This document shows, one piece after another, positions 1 through 13,915 of a stretch of DNA of 64,000 nt (within the stretch, counting starts at the first letter, position 1; each line of letters begins with the position of its first letter). Below the pieces are notes generated by a model that saw nothing but the letters and a program-made list of their open reading frames with translations, did not search any database and had not been told where the DNA came from. The position numbers and the translations under genes were made by a program. The stretch comes from Selaginella moellendorffii (taxonomy: Eukaryota > Plantae > Lycopodiophyta). The stretch is taken from the NCBI RefSeq assembly GCF_000143415.4, contig NW_003314278.1, positions 1,028,272 through 1,092,271 of the forward strand. Reading direction: 5' to 3'.

Positions 1-2010
1 CCGACTCATAAATTGTGCCCACCTTGCTTGACGACAGCTCAAAACTCGAAAAGTGGCAAAGTACTTGAGATTTTTGTGATCCATTCAGACCGTTGTTTGA
101 TGGCTTGCCCCCTCCAAGAAATGACGCCACTCTCCAAAGGAATCCACAATGGCAAGCAGCTCCTTGTCGTGGATTTCATAATTGATCTCCGCAGGCTGGA
201 ATTTCCGAGAATGGAAAGCGACCGGATGAAATTCCTGATCCGCTCCGAGTTGAGACAACACAACACCGATGGCAAAGTCGGAGGCGTCTGCCTTGATGAA
301 GAAAGGTTGTGAGGGATCAGAATGGATCAAGACGGGAGCAAAACTAAAGGCTACCTTGAGTGTGTTGAAGGCTTGCTGGGCAGCAGTAGACCAAGAGAAG
401 GGAACATCCTTGCGAGTGAAATGCATGAGAGGAAGGACAATGTCAAAGTAGTGTTCAATGAATTTGCGGTAGAAGTTGGTGAAGCCAAGGAAAACCTGAA
501 CGTTCGACATTGATTGTGGAGGCTCCCATTCGAGAATAGTCTTGACTTTGGCAGAATCCATCATGATACCCTCAGGAGTGACAATGTATCCAAGGAACTC
601 CACAGACTCCTGATCAAAGGAACATTTCTCAAACTTCATGTATAGGCCATCTTCCTGCAGCTTCGCCAGCACCTTGCGCACATGCTCATTGTGCTCCTCT
701 TGAGTTGTTGAGTAGATGAGGATGTCATCGAGGTAAATGATCACCATCTGATCAAGAAACTCCCGAAAGACGTCGTTCGCCATGTGTTAGAAAACTGCTA
801 GAGCATTTGTCAAGCCAAATGGCATGATAGTGTACTCGAAGTGGCCATAGCGGGTTCGGAACATAGTCTTTCATTCATCGCCAGGCCAAATCCGGATCAG
901 GTTGTATGCTCCATGGAGTTCGATCTTGGTGAAGAAGCGGGCACCGCCGAGGTGTTCCAACATGTCCAAAATCAGGGGCAGTGGATAACGGTTCTGAATA
1001 GTCACCTTGTTCAAACCCTAGTAGTTGATGACTAGCCGCAAACTCCCATCCTTCTTCTTGGCAAAGAAGATAGGTGCTCTAGCTGGGGACTGCGAATGCT
1101 AATTGTACCCTGAGGCAAGGTTCTCATCCACGTACTCTTTGAGGGCCTTAAGCTCGGACGAGGATAACCCATAGATAGGCCCCCACAGAGGTGACGCTCC
1201 TTCTTGTAAATCAATGGGATAGTTGTAAGGTTAATGAATAGGCAGTACACTAACTTTTTTTTTGTCAAACACATCCCCAAAATCATAATACTTCTCAGGA
1301 AGACTGACAGGAGAAACATGCAAAGAAAAAAGGAAAATAGATTCTTTATGAAGGAGTTCTTTCATAGTGATTGTGGAGATAGGAGAAGGTGTATGACTAA
1401 ATGGAACGATGAGATGAGGATACTATCCAATGTAAGATGGAAGAGAGGGAAAAGAAGAGGGTGAAAACTTCTTAGAGTCAGGAACAGAACCCCGATTTGA
1501 GTTTAGGGAACTTTTCCTGATTTAGACTCGATGAACAGCAGGGGAATCCATGGGAGATAGTGACATGGAAAAGATGAGCTGGAATTCCTTTTCAATAGAT
1601 CTGAGGCTGGTGTAGTTGGAACCAAGGAAAGTCGAGCACCACAGAGGAGGACTTGTTGTTGATGATGTTGAAGGCGATATCGGTGACGGTGGACCCGATG
1701 TGTACTCAAATGGGCAACATTTCCCTAAGTCCAGAAGATGGAGACACAAAATGCCCGCCGATGCCTTCAACCCTCAGATCCTGTATGGTAGGAGAAAGAG
1801 GAACATGATGTTGGGTAGCAAAGTCCGTGTCCATGAAGCAGGAAGTTGCACCCGAGTCCAGTAGCACCAAAGCCTTGAGTTTTGATTGTCCAGTGAAGGA
1901 AAGGAGAGATGGGATGCAGAAATTGCGGGAATTGGTGGTGGCTTTAATGAAAGATGGTGAGGAGCTTGATAAAGAAGAAAAATGATTTTTATTTGGGGAG
2001 TCATAACAGA
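1..2010 (-). mobile_element. Ty3/gypsy LTR retrotransposon pol fragment (protease-RT-RNase H), degenerate
   Basis: ORF 85..783 has RT YLDDILIY and RNase H ADASDFAIG...NYEIHDKELLAIV. A protease motif VLLDSGATSCFMD is readable at ~1828-1868 on the - strand. Stops and frameshifts are present. Confidence 0.9.
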
Positions 2011-5000
2011 CAGCTCCTACTCTGTTTGGACAGGGTCGTTTCCCGATTGCAACAGAGGTGGACCTTGAGGTAGAGTGAACTCAAGCTCACATCCTTCAGC
2101 ATCAGCTAGCACGTATGCTCTGCCTCCGATGTGTTGTTGGACAAAGTAGTGGCCGGTCCAGTGAGGGGAGAACTTCAAAGGTGGTGTCAACTACTTAAGT
2201 AGAACAAGGTCACCAGCCACAAATGGTTTGGTAGATTGTTGGTGATTGATGACTGACTTGATCTTCTGCTTGCCTCGGAGATGTTTAGTTGTGGATTGTC
2301 ATTGTTCTTCCAAGGCAAGAACGTCCAAGTCACAAGCATGAAGCTTGTCCTCATTGCTAAGTTACATCGCTGAATCCAGGTACACTACAATGTCCTGTAA
2401 TGCTGCTAGGACCACAAAGGAAGTAGTGTTAGCAACCAAGAACTTGCTCGGATCCATCACACGCTTCTGCCGCATATGAAAAGTTGGCTGGAACTCTTGG
2501 ATGGTCATAATCCAAGATAAAGTACTTGGACTGTGAACCGGTCACTATAAAAGAAAGGTCAGCACATTAAAGTAGATGTGGAAATGGATATAGGCTCCAG
2601 CGAGAAAGTGACGAAATCACTCCAAGGTGTAAACAACAACCACTACTTCTTTTTCCGCATCCACGTACTTCTTCTCAGTTTCCTTGAACAAATGTGAGGC
2701 ATAGTATGTTGCATGTGGTAGCTTGCCAAGCTGTGAACATTGGCAAAGGCATACTCCAAAAGCCTCTGTACCCATTGTGATATAAATGTCAAAAGGAAGT
2801 TGTTGTTCTAGTGGTTGGAGTACCGGGACCGTGCAGAGTGACTGCTTCAGTGACACAAAGGCTTGTTGCTGGGACTCACCCCAGAGAATGGAACATTGTG
2901 TTGTAGCAGAGCTATTAGGGGCCATGAACGTGCATCATAATTGTGGAGGAAACAGCGAAAGAAACCCGTTTGCCTGAGGAAGCTGCAAAGTTGCTTCACG
3001 TTGGTTGGTGGGTTCCGATCCAGAATCTCCTAAGCCTTGCCTACCTGGGGCTTGATCCCATCTTGTGAGACATCAAAGCTCAGCAACCAGTCTTCAGTCA
3101 CCCCGAATTTACACTTTGCCGGGTTCAATGAAAACCTATGTTGTCGGCAGTGAGTGAAGATCTACTCCAAGTGCACAAGGTGGTGCTCAAAGGAGTTAGA
3201 GATCATGCACAGATCATCCATAGGCACCCTCAAGGTGCCTCCAATCAAGTCATGAAAGGCGTGGGTCATAAAGCGCTAAAAAGTAGCTCCGGCATTACAC
3301 AAGCCAAACAGGAAGACGTTGAAAGTGAAGACACCCCAAGGTGTCCAGAAGGCTGTAAGATCTCAATGATCGGGATGAATGAAAATCTGGTTGTACCCTG
3401 AAAAGCTGTCCATGAAAGAGTAGTAATGGTGTCCAGCCATCTCATTCACAATCGCATCGATAAATGGAGTCGGAAAGTGATCTTTCGCAGTTGCCTTATT
3501 CAAGTCTCGAAAGTCAATGCAGAGGCGGAGTTTTCCATTTGCCTTGTGTGCAGGGACGAGATTGGCCACCCACTATGAGCTCTCCAAAAGGTAAATAAAG
3601 CGGGCTGCCAGAAGTTGCTCAATCTCCAACTTCATCTCTAAGTGAGCTATCGGGCTGAAACGTCGCATCTTTTGACGGACTGGTTTGGCTGACTCTGAAA
3701 GCACAATACTATGCATGATTGTGGCCATGGGAACTCCTTGAAGCTGGTTGTAGTCCCAAGCAAACACATCCTTGAAACAATAGAGGAGTTGCAAGAGCTT
3801 TGCTGTGTTTGTTGAAGTAAGTGATGTGGCAATAAAGACTAGGTCCTTGTCATCACCTAGGAAAATAGCATGAACCCTGGAGTCTAGAGAAACCTTGGGC
3901 TCATGGGGCTCATCTATCTTAGATTCCTCCCTAACTTTGGGAACTAAAGTGCAGGGAGTGCCTTTTGCCTCTCGCATCATGGTGATTGCTTGATATGATA
4001 ACCTGTCTGCCCAAAAGTTTTCTTCACGAGGGACACTTTGAAAAATCACCTGAGAGAACTTATCTTTTAGGTTGACCATCCGCTGCCATAGCTCTTTCAA
4101 GTTCTCTTTGCGGACTTGGTATTCTCCAATAAGTTGGCATATGATGAGTTGTGCATCTCCAACGAAAGTGACTTGCCTAAATTTGAGATCTGTGGCCAAC
4201 TTCATGGCACTGATAGCTGCCAAGTACTTTGCTTCATTAGCTAATGTTGCTGGCAAAGTGATAGAGAGGTCGGCTACTTTGTTCTCTACAGAATCAATCA
4301 TCCAAACTCCAATGCCGGCAACCTGGTTTTGGGGTAGAAAGCACCGTCAAAATAAGCTGTAATCATAGGAGTGTCCTCTTCTTCAAATAAAGATGTTGGG
4401 GACACCACATCTGGCAAAACCGTCTTTAGCAAGTCTAGCAAGAACATTGTTGTTGGATCTAGAGTCTTCATCTGTTGTTCTCTTTGCTTCTGATGCTCTG
4501 AGAGCTCAATGTCCAATGCAAGGACTATAGCCAAGTACTCTGCAAGTGAAGGAAGATCCTCCACCGAAGTCAAGTCCAAGTTTTGTGCTAAAGTTTCAGT
4601 GTAATACACTTGGGCCTACCGGGAGCTCCACAGTAGGAAATTTTGAACTCAAAGAGCTATAACTTGCATGCAGCACGTTTGACTGGCTTGATTCTTTCTG
4701 CCAATTGTGTGTCTGGATGTCATCTTCTATCTCCAAGAAACAGCATGACAAAATATGCTCGGAGTCATCAGCTACCGCAATTTTAGTAGGAAAATGCTTG
4801 CTGTGTGACACCTCAGATAGTTGCTAAGGAGGATTGAGCTCGGCTGTGTCCTGTGAAAGATGGGTCTGGTCTAGAGTGACTATGTCCTTAAGCTCCATAA
4901 GAGAGAGTTAGTCCCATGCAATCGAGAAGCCCTTCCTCTATCAAGAAACACTCCAAAAAGCTAGATATGGGAGCCCATACTCTATAAGCCCTGCCATCAA

Positions 5001-6700
5001 ATAAAGAGGGCATGGCTAGAAGCTCGGCTTTACTCTCAAATAAAGAGAGTGAAGCTAAGAGATGTCTCAAGTTATCTGACTCACCTCCAACCATGTCAAT
5101 CGCATTGTATGAGAAAGCATCTATCATATAGATGGTCGACTCCACCGCCAACTCAGGAAAAACCTCTATGAGCTCAAAAGGGAAGTGTGGTGTGGAGGCC
5201 ATCTTAGTCTGAGCCTATTAGACTTGCTGAGAAAGAGCTCTGCCGTGGTTGTTGAGAAAGGTGGTGCTATGGGTTCCATTGCTAATTTCCATCTTGCCTT
5301 GTGGACTGTCAATGGTGCAATGGGCTGTGACTTGCCATGAGCGGCCAAGGATGATAGAGTCCTTCAAAGGGGATGTTCCAAGACGTTGGTAGTCAACCAT
5401 GAGGAAATCTATCTCAGAAATAACACCCTGCACTGAGACCTTGACACCACAGCAAATGCCTGCGGAGGAACGGTGTGGTTGGTGAAGGTTTTGAGCACGA
5501 TGGAGGAGCTTTCAATGATCTGTAGCTGTGTTGAAAGGGCAGCTTTGAGAGAGATAATGTTGTTTCCAGAACCGGAGTCAACCAAAGCATCCATTCTACA
5601 AGAGGAAGTACCGATCTGCATCGGGATGAAGAATGGACCAGGATGTCGACAATGTGCACCTCTTGAGGAGTCCTCTTGAGAGTGCTCTCTAGTGTTCCTG
5701 ACCATGCAAACTCCTCTAAACGCTGGCCGAATCCTGGGACAAGACACAACATGTCTCGGAGCGAAAAGGTGACGGGAGTGTCAACTAGCTGTTGAAGAAC
5801 CAGCTCCAGAACAGAAATAGTTGTTGGTGAGATCTCAAGAGGAGAAGAGAATAGTGACTTGAAGGGGAGCTTACAAGCCACCATCTTTGTCAGTGGATCT
5901 GGTGCCAATAGAGATTCACTCTCAACCGACGCTGGGGGATCCATGGGAGGTTGAGTGGTTGCCTTCTTCTTTGCTTGGGCTCGAGTGGCTGCGGTTTGCT
6001 GCTATTGCTTATAGAGTTCCTCAGCTACCAAAATCATGTTGACGGATGAGGCGGGTGCCTTGCCTTTGCTTGACGAAGGGGCTACCTCAATTGCTTGTCG
6101 CTCCAACTACTCCTAATATGTCTCTAGACCTTGAGACGATGTGGAATTATCAGTGAAGGGATGTTGGACACATTGAGAAGATGGAGGCCGAAGCTTTGGG
6201 TGAAGCTTGAAGCAGTGCTGCGTGTTGTGTGTATTCGTCTCGCAGTGAGTGCACCGACGGGACTTAAATCTACGTTCCCAAGTTGTAGCGGCCACTTTCC
6301 TGGACTCCACCAGCTCCTGGAGCAGTTTGTCATGGTGTGATTGTTGATGAAGAATGATCTCCTTCAGCTGCCACATCTCATTAGCAAAGTTCTCAATATC
6401 TGGAGGTGTATGCTCAATAGCGACAAGCTTTGGTGTGGACAAGTGAACAATTGCACAAGGTGACTCTGACGGGGTGATGGCTTGGTCGAAATCAACTCTA
6501 GCAATCCTCAGGTTGACAAGAAGCTCTCTTTCCAACTTTGTAGCAGATAAAAAGGCCTCATGGCAAGACTTGAATGTCTTTTTAAGAAGTTTCCGCTGCA
6601 AGTTCCCCACACATTCACAACCACTCTCACCTCAAATGCTTCATCTGGTGAGGTGTTCCACTTCTCTTCTTTTTCTTTTTCTTTTTCTTCTTTTCTTTCA
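2010..6700 (-). mobile_element. Tat-like (TatI-type) Ty3/gypsy retrotransposon, degenerate: gag-protease-extra RNase H-RT-RH
   Basis: Gag zinc knuckle CTHCETNTHNTQHC (6113..6610), protease ALVDSGSGNNII (5409..5747), archaeal-type RNase H YFDGA...NEAKYLA...VGDAQLII (4400-3990), then RT KLRLCIDFRDLNKAT...FSGYNQI (3363..3569) and RH remnants (2617..2925). Confidence 0.8.
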
Positions 6701-8133
6701 CTTTACTTTCATGGCTTTTTTTTTTCTTACTTTCAGGGGGTGTTGCTCCATTGGACCATGGCCCATGCCTTGAATTTCATGCTCAAGCTGCATTGCCGTT
6801 TGTATGGAGGTTTCTCGCTTGCCTCAATCTATGTTCTAGGTTCTTTGGCCCTTCCCTTACCATTACTACACCCCACACATTCCCCCCCCACCCATTCCAT
6901 ATCATCTACGTTCACAGTTCCATCACCAATCACTTCTACCAGTGTTGCCCACACTTATCTCTAGATGCCCGTCTTGCATCTTTCATTCTTTCACCATCAT
7001 TCACATCTCTATTTGAGGTCACATTTACACCATACCACAGACACACATACATGCACCAGTAGCAAAAGACACTACGTCATTTGGTCTTGCCATTTCCGAG
7101 ATATCCTTACGACCATTTGTTGACGAGGCACTAGCTTTTCTGGAGCAACTTTCTCCCAACCGGGTGAACCTATTCACTCAAGGCACCTAGGTGAATCTTT
7201 AGGCAAGGCCACAAAAGCTGAAGCCACTTTCTTTTGCTCCAGCACTTAGTGACCACATGCCACCTTCTTTTACTGGCAACCTAGTGACCACGCTGTCCTT
7301 TTCAACTACTGCCTTCTTTAGTTACTCTTATTTCAAAGATGGCCACCTTCTCAGAGTGCCACCACCATCTCAGCACTCCACCATATCGGTGCTAGAGCAG
7401 GCACAGGAGTAGGAGCGAGAGTAAGTGGTTACCGGTTACAAGTCCCTAGTTACTGGTTATTAGTTACTAGTTACTGGTTACTGACTACTCCGAGAGGTCA
7501 GCGCTTACTCTACAGGCCAACAGTTATAAATGGCCACCTTTTTAGAGTGCTACCACCATCTCGGCACTCCAACATACCACTTCATCTTTCATCATTTCCA
7601 AACTTACCACCCTTGGGCAACGCATCCCCTGTTCTACCTCTCTTTCTTTCTCGATTTTGGCCAATCCTTGGAGTATACCGAAAGTCTTCTAGAGGCTGCA
7701 TTTTCATATTACACTTTCCTGAGCTAAAATCTAGGTACGGGTTAAGTTCTTTGGGTACTCACTCTTTTTCCTCTATTTTCCTCCTCTTTTCAGACTTTTT
7801 TTGCACTTTTTCTTGAACTTCAGGGTCCAGTTTGACTACAAGGTTTCCCACCGGGTTTTCCTCCCTATCTCCAAACTTCACATCTACCTCTTTTCTTTCT
7901 TTTCCACTTTGTTTTCTAGAGTTTCTACTATTTCACGCAGCTACCAGCACTTGGCATCAGTAGTAGAGGTGCACTCTACACTCTTCGGAGGGTTCTCGCG
8001 CATCTAGAGCCAGCATGATCCATTGTGGTCGCATGTTAGGGCATGGCCACCGAGAGAGTGAGAGAGACAAAAGGAATATTCTAGTCCTTAGAATATTCTT
8101 CATCTTCCTTGTATAAAAATCCTTGCCCCACAA

Positions 8134-8165
8134 AGGGAGGGGGGGGGGGGGGGGGGGGGGGGGGG
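8134..8165 (+). repeat. poly-G homopolymer tract
   Basis: gggagggggg... run of about 27 consecutive G. Confidence 0.9.
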
Positions 8166-9579
8166 CATTTTGCAGTGAGCATTGAAGCATTTCTCGTGTT
8201 TGAGCAAGCGTTGAGGGAGGCGCCCCTCCTTCCCCCAACAGGGGTTGGACCCCAATGGAGCTAATTTGGCCAGGAAAGATTAGTTTGGCTCAGGAAGGTT
8301 ATACCCAGCTGTTGGGTGATGAAATAACCACTAGGAAGTCCAAAGTTAGAGTGAATACAGATCGATAAGCAGAGTAACTTAGTGAAGTGTTTAAGAGCCT
8401 ACTCTAGTTCCTCTAAGAGATCAAATGGTCGATGCTCCCAGTCCAAGTGTGGGTGGCACTACCTACTTGGATACCTGGTGTGGCTCAATGGAACCTCGCT
8501 CTAAGCCCATGGCTAAAGCACCCAAAGGTAGAAGGTGGGGAGAGTACCTATGAGGCTCACGTATGGCCATAGTGTTCCGAAATGTTGTCCCAAAGTCCCG
8601 GACTGTGGAAAGGAAGAGGAGTAGTCCTTTGGTGTGGCAACCAAGGATACGGTCACGCGGTGAGGAAGTCCTAGAAAATAGTGGGACTTGGTGGTCAGGC
8701 TTGTGGGCTTTGATCCAATGGCAATACTGGCGAACACAGCCATGAACAGAAAGGGACTTGGTGGGGACCAAAAAAGGGATATTGGGGAAAGTTGTTCCCC
8801 ATGTCTGTAGGCATCCTAAGGATGCTAAAGAGTGGATATAGAATGATCACTCATGGACAGACAAACTAGTCTTTAAGAGATGGGACTGTGATGTAGGTGG
8901 TGTTGGACCACTGGTGTGACCAAGGTGAGTGGGCATGGCCTTAGCATAACAGGCTGATATGTCAGTGGTACCTTGGGGTGTCAGTCATGGGATTGGACAT
9001 GTGGAGCACTTGGACCAAGTGCAAAGGTTGAGTGGCATGGATGCCATTCTCGAGGTTAGCAAGCCTAAGGTCCTGAATAGGATTAACACAATCTTATGTA
9101 TTGGTATTTGTATTGCTATGTTGTACTCAGCTAAGTAAATTTGACCAGTCTTTAACAAGGTCATTGCTCGCCAACTTTAGGATTGAACATGAGTGCATAC
9201 TATGGCTACTCTTTTTACGAGTCCTTACTGTGTTAAATTGTTGTAAAGTAATTGTGGCCTACCTCTAATTATGTTGTATAAAGTTGTGTGCATCCTCACT
9301 ATGAACGTCTGCGTTCTCTAGTCGATGGTGATGTTCAAAAAGTCTGAGCTGAGTAGTGGTTGTATTCTAAGTGTTGTCCTCAAGGTTATTGTTGATACAG
9401 GTTTCTAGATTCTTGATTCTTGTATTTTTTATCTTTGATCACTGTCCATGCTTTGATTAACTATTGTTTTTATTCCCCATTGTCCCCAAAAGACCTCCAC
9501 TTATTAAATCCTTAGTATTTGATTTCTATTTGCTTGGTTGCTTCTTAATAGTTTATCTAATAAATGTATATTTTCATTT

Positions 9580-10100
9580 TCAATAATGTGAAGAAGAAAT
9601 GCAAGTGCTCATTAGTATGGTAGATGGTATACTATTACCAAAAAGAGTTTGGGATAGTTTCCATTGAACTAGACTACCTATTTCCAACTTACTTGAAACA
9701 TCAACAAAAGAAGAGATTGAGATTCTAATATAATCCCACCCTAAAGTTATGTTGTGTAGAGCATCTTGAGGGTCTACAACAATAACTAGTTCCTCAGCCA
9801 CAACTGCATGTATAGCATCCACTATCTTCACAAGAGCTTTATACCATATACTGCAAGCATTTATATCTATAAAAGAACAACTAGAATTAGGGATATTCTT
9901 GCCTTTGGAAATATTTTTACTCTATCTTCTATGGAATAACATCTTCACCATTATTCCTCTATGTTCCAATTATATTTCCCTAAAAGATTTTGCTAGGACA
10001 TATCTCTATTGGAAACATCAGTTGATTCTACTTCTATATAGAAAACCCACTAACATCCAGAGTAATTCGAGTTAAACATCTTAATAATGCAAAGTAAAAC
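9580..10100 (-). pseudogene. relic of a DNA-transposon protein resembling the N-terminal domain of the transposase at 25015
   Basis: VVAEELVIVVDPQDALHNITLGWDYIRISI aligns by eye with VVAEGLATVVDPRDAVANQELGWDDIGVAI in ORF 25015..25620. Confidence 0.55.
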
Positions 10101-11379
10101 ACATCTAACTCTTAAAGAAGCACAGTGACAAATGGAAGTAGCATCTAAAGATTCTATTCTTCCCTTTGCAATTTATTCTCCATTATCCCAAACAATCTCT
10201 ATTACATCTCCTTTAACAACTTGAGAAAAACAAAGAAAATTACAAATATCAAAACACAAATAGAAGGAAAAAAGTACAAAAAAAATACAAGCAAATAGGA
10301 AATTAAAAAACAAAGCTCCTTTTGTGAATATGAGAAAACAAAACGTGAAAATATGTAGCAAAAATAATTAAAAATGCATAAAATAAGCACACACATGCAC
10401 TTGCACACTAAAGACCCAATTTAATGTATTGATGAAAGAATATGAGCTCACAATAAACCAAAGTCAAATTAAGAGAGAAACAGATTGGTAAGTGCAAGTT
10501 TGTAAAATGACCAGAGAAATGGGGATTACTTAACTCTAAACAAGCATGGTCTCACACTCATTCTTCAAAAATGTAAGGATTTCTAACACTCTCTCTCTCA
10601 TGGTCTCTTGTTTTTTTAAGCTAGTGTGTGGGCTCATGCCTAGCCAAACTCAAATTTGAGTTTCTCCAAAGAAGCTTGAGATTTCTTGGCATGCACTTGT
10701 ACACCTATAGACTAGTTTTGGATGACTCTTTTGAAAATCTTTGTTCTTTTGTTTTGAGATTTCTAGGCATGCGCTCTCATGCCTATACACAAGTATGGGA
10801 TGACTCTCTTGTAAATACACTACACTATCATATAGTCTCACGCCAGGCAATACTAAAATATGAATGTATATTCTTTATAATAATGGAAACCATATGTTTT
10901 GAGGAAAGAAGAACATACCATGGCCATAAACAAACCAAAACAGTGTGGGAGAGATATGTGCTTAGGATGTGCTAGAGAGGAAGGAAAAATGCCTCCTAAG
11001 ATGAACCAGTAGTGGCGAACCCTAGAGAACCCAAATAATAAAACCTAAGAAAAAACCATAAGGCTAAGAGGGGAAAAATTTGAAATGCAAGCTTGACAAA
11101 GAATTTGAAATGCAAGGGTAGTGTTATGATACTAATAGCTTGTATCATTATTAAATAATGTAGTACAGATATTTAATGTTGTCATATAGTTCAAGAAGAG
11201 ACTCCATAAAAAGTTTTTTCAAAAAATGAGATAACTAGAATTGTTTTAGTATTTATCAAAATTTTGTTTACAAGATTATATAATGGGCTTGGCATTTTCA
11301 TTAAAGAGTATATGTTGCATATGTTGTAGTTTATTGCTCTATTTTATTCTATTTATATTCTATGTTATATTTTACTGTT

Positions 11380-11976
11380 TTCATTGGTGGGATTCCAATC
11401 ACAACCGGTTGCGGCCTTTCTGGAGTTGACTGTGGTCTCTCTGCAGACATGGAAATAAGAGCGCTGTTCTCCTCCACGCGCGAGATGAGCTTGTTTGCCG
11501 TGGGAGGAGCCAACAAACTCTGGTGCTTGTGCCTCGGCTCCTTCTTCAACCCTATCTAAACTTGTTGCTGTCGCCAAGCTTTGCCTGCATCATATACCAA
11601 CCATCAATCAGCTAGCGTTCTTTCCAAAGCTTCTACAAACCTCCTTTGAAGGTGTTTTTATGAAGCCCATCGCTCTTTGCACGAAAGAAGTAAAGATGCC
11701 TCTGTTTGGCGTTCCTTTCGCTGGACTAACGATCTGATGAAAGAATACAAGTCTTAATCAAAGGTACACAAGAGCAAGTCGAGTTACCTATCCAGGCCTA
11801 AAGTCAGGCTCAGAAATGCTTCTCGCTGGCATGTTGGATCTTCTCATATTATCACTTATGGGGTTCTATTGATGCCGATGAGGCAAGTGCTACATTGCTT
11901 CTGCTAGAAGCTGTTGCGGGACGGTTATTAATATCAGCATTATCAGAAGCTTTCGGGGGCGAAGGGCCTATCATCT
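11380..11976 (-). pseudogene. duplicated internal fragment of the SEC16-like gene, introns retained
   Basis: Near-identical to 46090-46708 (RVEEGAEAQAP..., PPTANKLISRVEEN), with small deletions. Confidence 0.9.
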
Positions 11977-12164
11977 TGTGAAATACACTTTGAATGCCTG
12001 AATACACTTACTTTAAGCCAACTTTTCACTATAACACTTTACTTTAGAGCTACATTGCTCAAAGAGCTCTCACTTAAGAAGGAAGAAATTTTAATCCTAT
12101 CTATGGCCATTGTAATTGAGCTAGGAGATTGTGATAATAAAGTTCTTACAATCGATATAAAGAT

Positions 12165-12888
12165 TGGTAAGACCCAAGCTAGATGCAAAACAAGGAGCAA
12201 CACAGCCCAATGGGAGCCAAACTAATGTCTTAGGTGGTCGGATATGCATTTTAACCACTATCCCTACTATACATTTGGAACCCCCCACAGCTGCTCCCCC
12301 CCCCCCTGAGGAACACATGCTTTGGGCTTTCACCCCACGCCTCCATTAGTACTAGGAGTTAGTCTCTGGGACAAGCTTGAAACTTACTAAATATGGAATG
12401 GTGCTAGATTGCGAATTTGGACACGAGATGAACACCATTGTGTTCAGGCTGATCTCTACATTCCGTAGATATGCCAAACGAGCTAATCTAGACACTTACC
12501 ATAAATAGCATTTGGGACAAAAATGAGACCAACACAAAAGGTGTGATAGCGAGGGTGTTTGGCAGACACAGTAAGCTATCATTTAGTGAATATTGAAGGA
12601 CTAGTCTCAATATCACGGGGGTTCCCAATACTAGCAAGTGCAAGTCAGCATCATGAGTTTCTTATCACTGTGTCAAGTATGCTTGACTTAATGACAACAT
12701 AGGATTTCCTTCCTTAGTGCCCTTCCGGTCTAAGTGCACATGTGCTGATCAGTTTCTCAACTAACTTGGGTGGAGACCATAATGAGAACCAGCAATACTG
12801 ATCTGTTGCTATCGTGGCAATGAGGAGAGAGTGTCCGTAAGGACTAGCTGACAAGTATCTTTTGATACCCGAAGTCACATTCGTGACA
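12165..12888 (-). repeat. 3' LTR of the chromovirus, truncated on its left side
   Basis: Homologous to ~31385-32084. Ends ...gaagtcacattcgtgaca (TG start on the - strand), next to the polypurine tract. Confidence 0.85.
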
Positions 12889-13498
12889 CTCTTACCCCCT
12901 TGGGGAATATCGACGTCCTCGTTGATACATACCCGAGTCTAGCAAACCGTCAAGGAAACAACTCCAAAAGTTAACGGAAAGCACATTATGTGGGAAACAC
13001 ACCGACTTAAATGAGTTATGGAACAACCTCTCATTTACATCCAAAGACGCTAAAACTCAGACACCCTCCGGCCGTCACTGACAAGGAAATGACTAACGGA
13101 GTTAGCCACCCTTGCTGCTCCGAGTACCACTCGGCTTACAAAGGAATGATACATCCCTGCCCATAGGGACATAGGGAGAAAGTCAGAGGCCCAACTTCCC
13201 CTGAGCAAGAAATCAACCCCATCGGGAAGATTTAGACAACTATTACAAACTGGCAGATTAAGTTGTTTATACAACCACGCCCCTTTGCAAAAGTGAGTCA
13301 TCAAGAGAGAGGCGGGGACTTGTGATCAGTCTATAATAGTTATCCCCATGGTTATGGATTGGACCCATGAACTGAAGTGCCGAAGTCAGCCTACCAAAAC
13401 TGACCCAAGTACTAATGAACGAGAGATACGACACTGTGATTTATAGAAATATATTACTTTATTGATTTGCAAGATTTATTACAAGATTTTTACAAAAG

Positions 13499-13915
13499 CT
13501 AGTCTTTATTACTATTCTCATACTCCGTGACAAGCTCACGAGCATGTGTAAGATTCCTAAGAGGTTCCCAAGTTGATTCACAAGATGGGTAACCTTTCCA
13601 CTTAATTAGATATTCCTTCACACGACCACCACATGCCTTACGAGATAAAAGGATAGCCTCAACCTCATACTCTGGTTCACTATCAATAACATCTGGAGCT
13701 GGATGAACATCCCTAGAGCAGCCAGGATCCTCATGATATGGGGCCAGTAAACTAACATGAAACACATCATGAAGGCTAGACATCTCTTGTGGAATATCCA
13801 ACTGATAGGATACATCACCAAGTCGTTTCAACACCCGATAGGGTTCAACATACCTCGGTAACAGCTTCCGAGACAAAGATTCCTTAATATTCAAGTTCCG
13901 GGAAGATAGCCACAC
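13499..13915 (-). pseudogene. integrase C-terminus with chromodomain
   Basis: LHDVFHVSLL followed by PEYEVEAIL...EYLIKWKGYPSCESTWEP, a chromodomain with aromatic cage residues. Confidence 0.9.

Noticed and set aside
6700-9500. LTR boundaries for the leftmost retroelements (short tagttactggt repeats, duplicated ~50-bp unit at ~7338/~7530)
   Set aside because: No partner LTR, PBS or TSD could be identified within the window.
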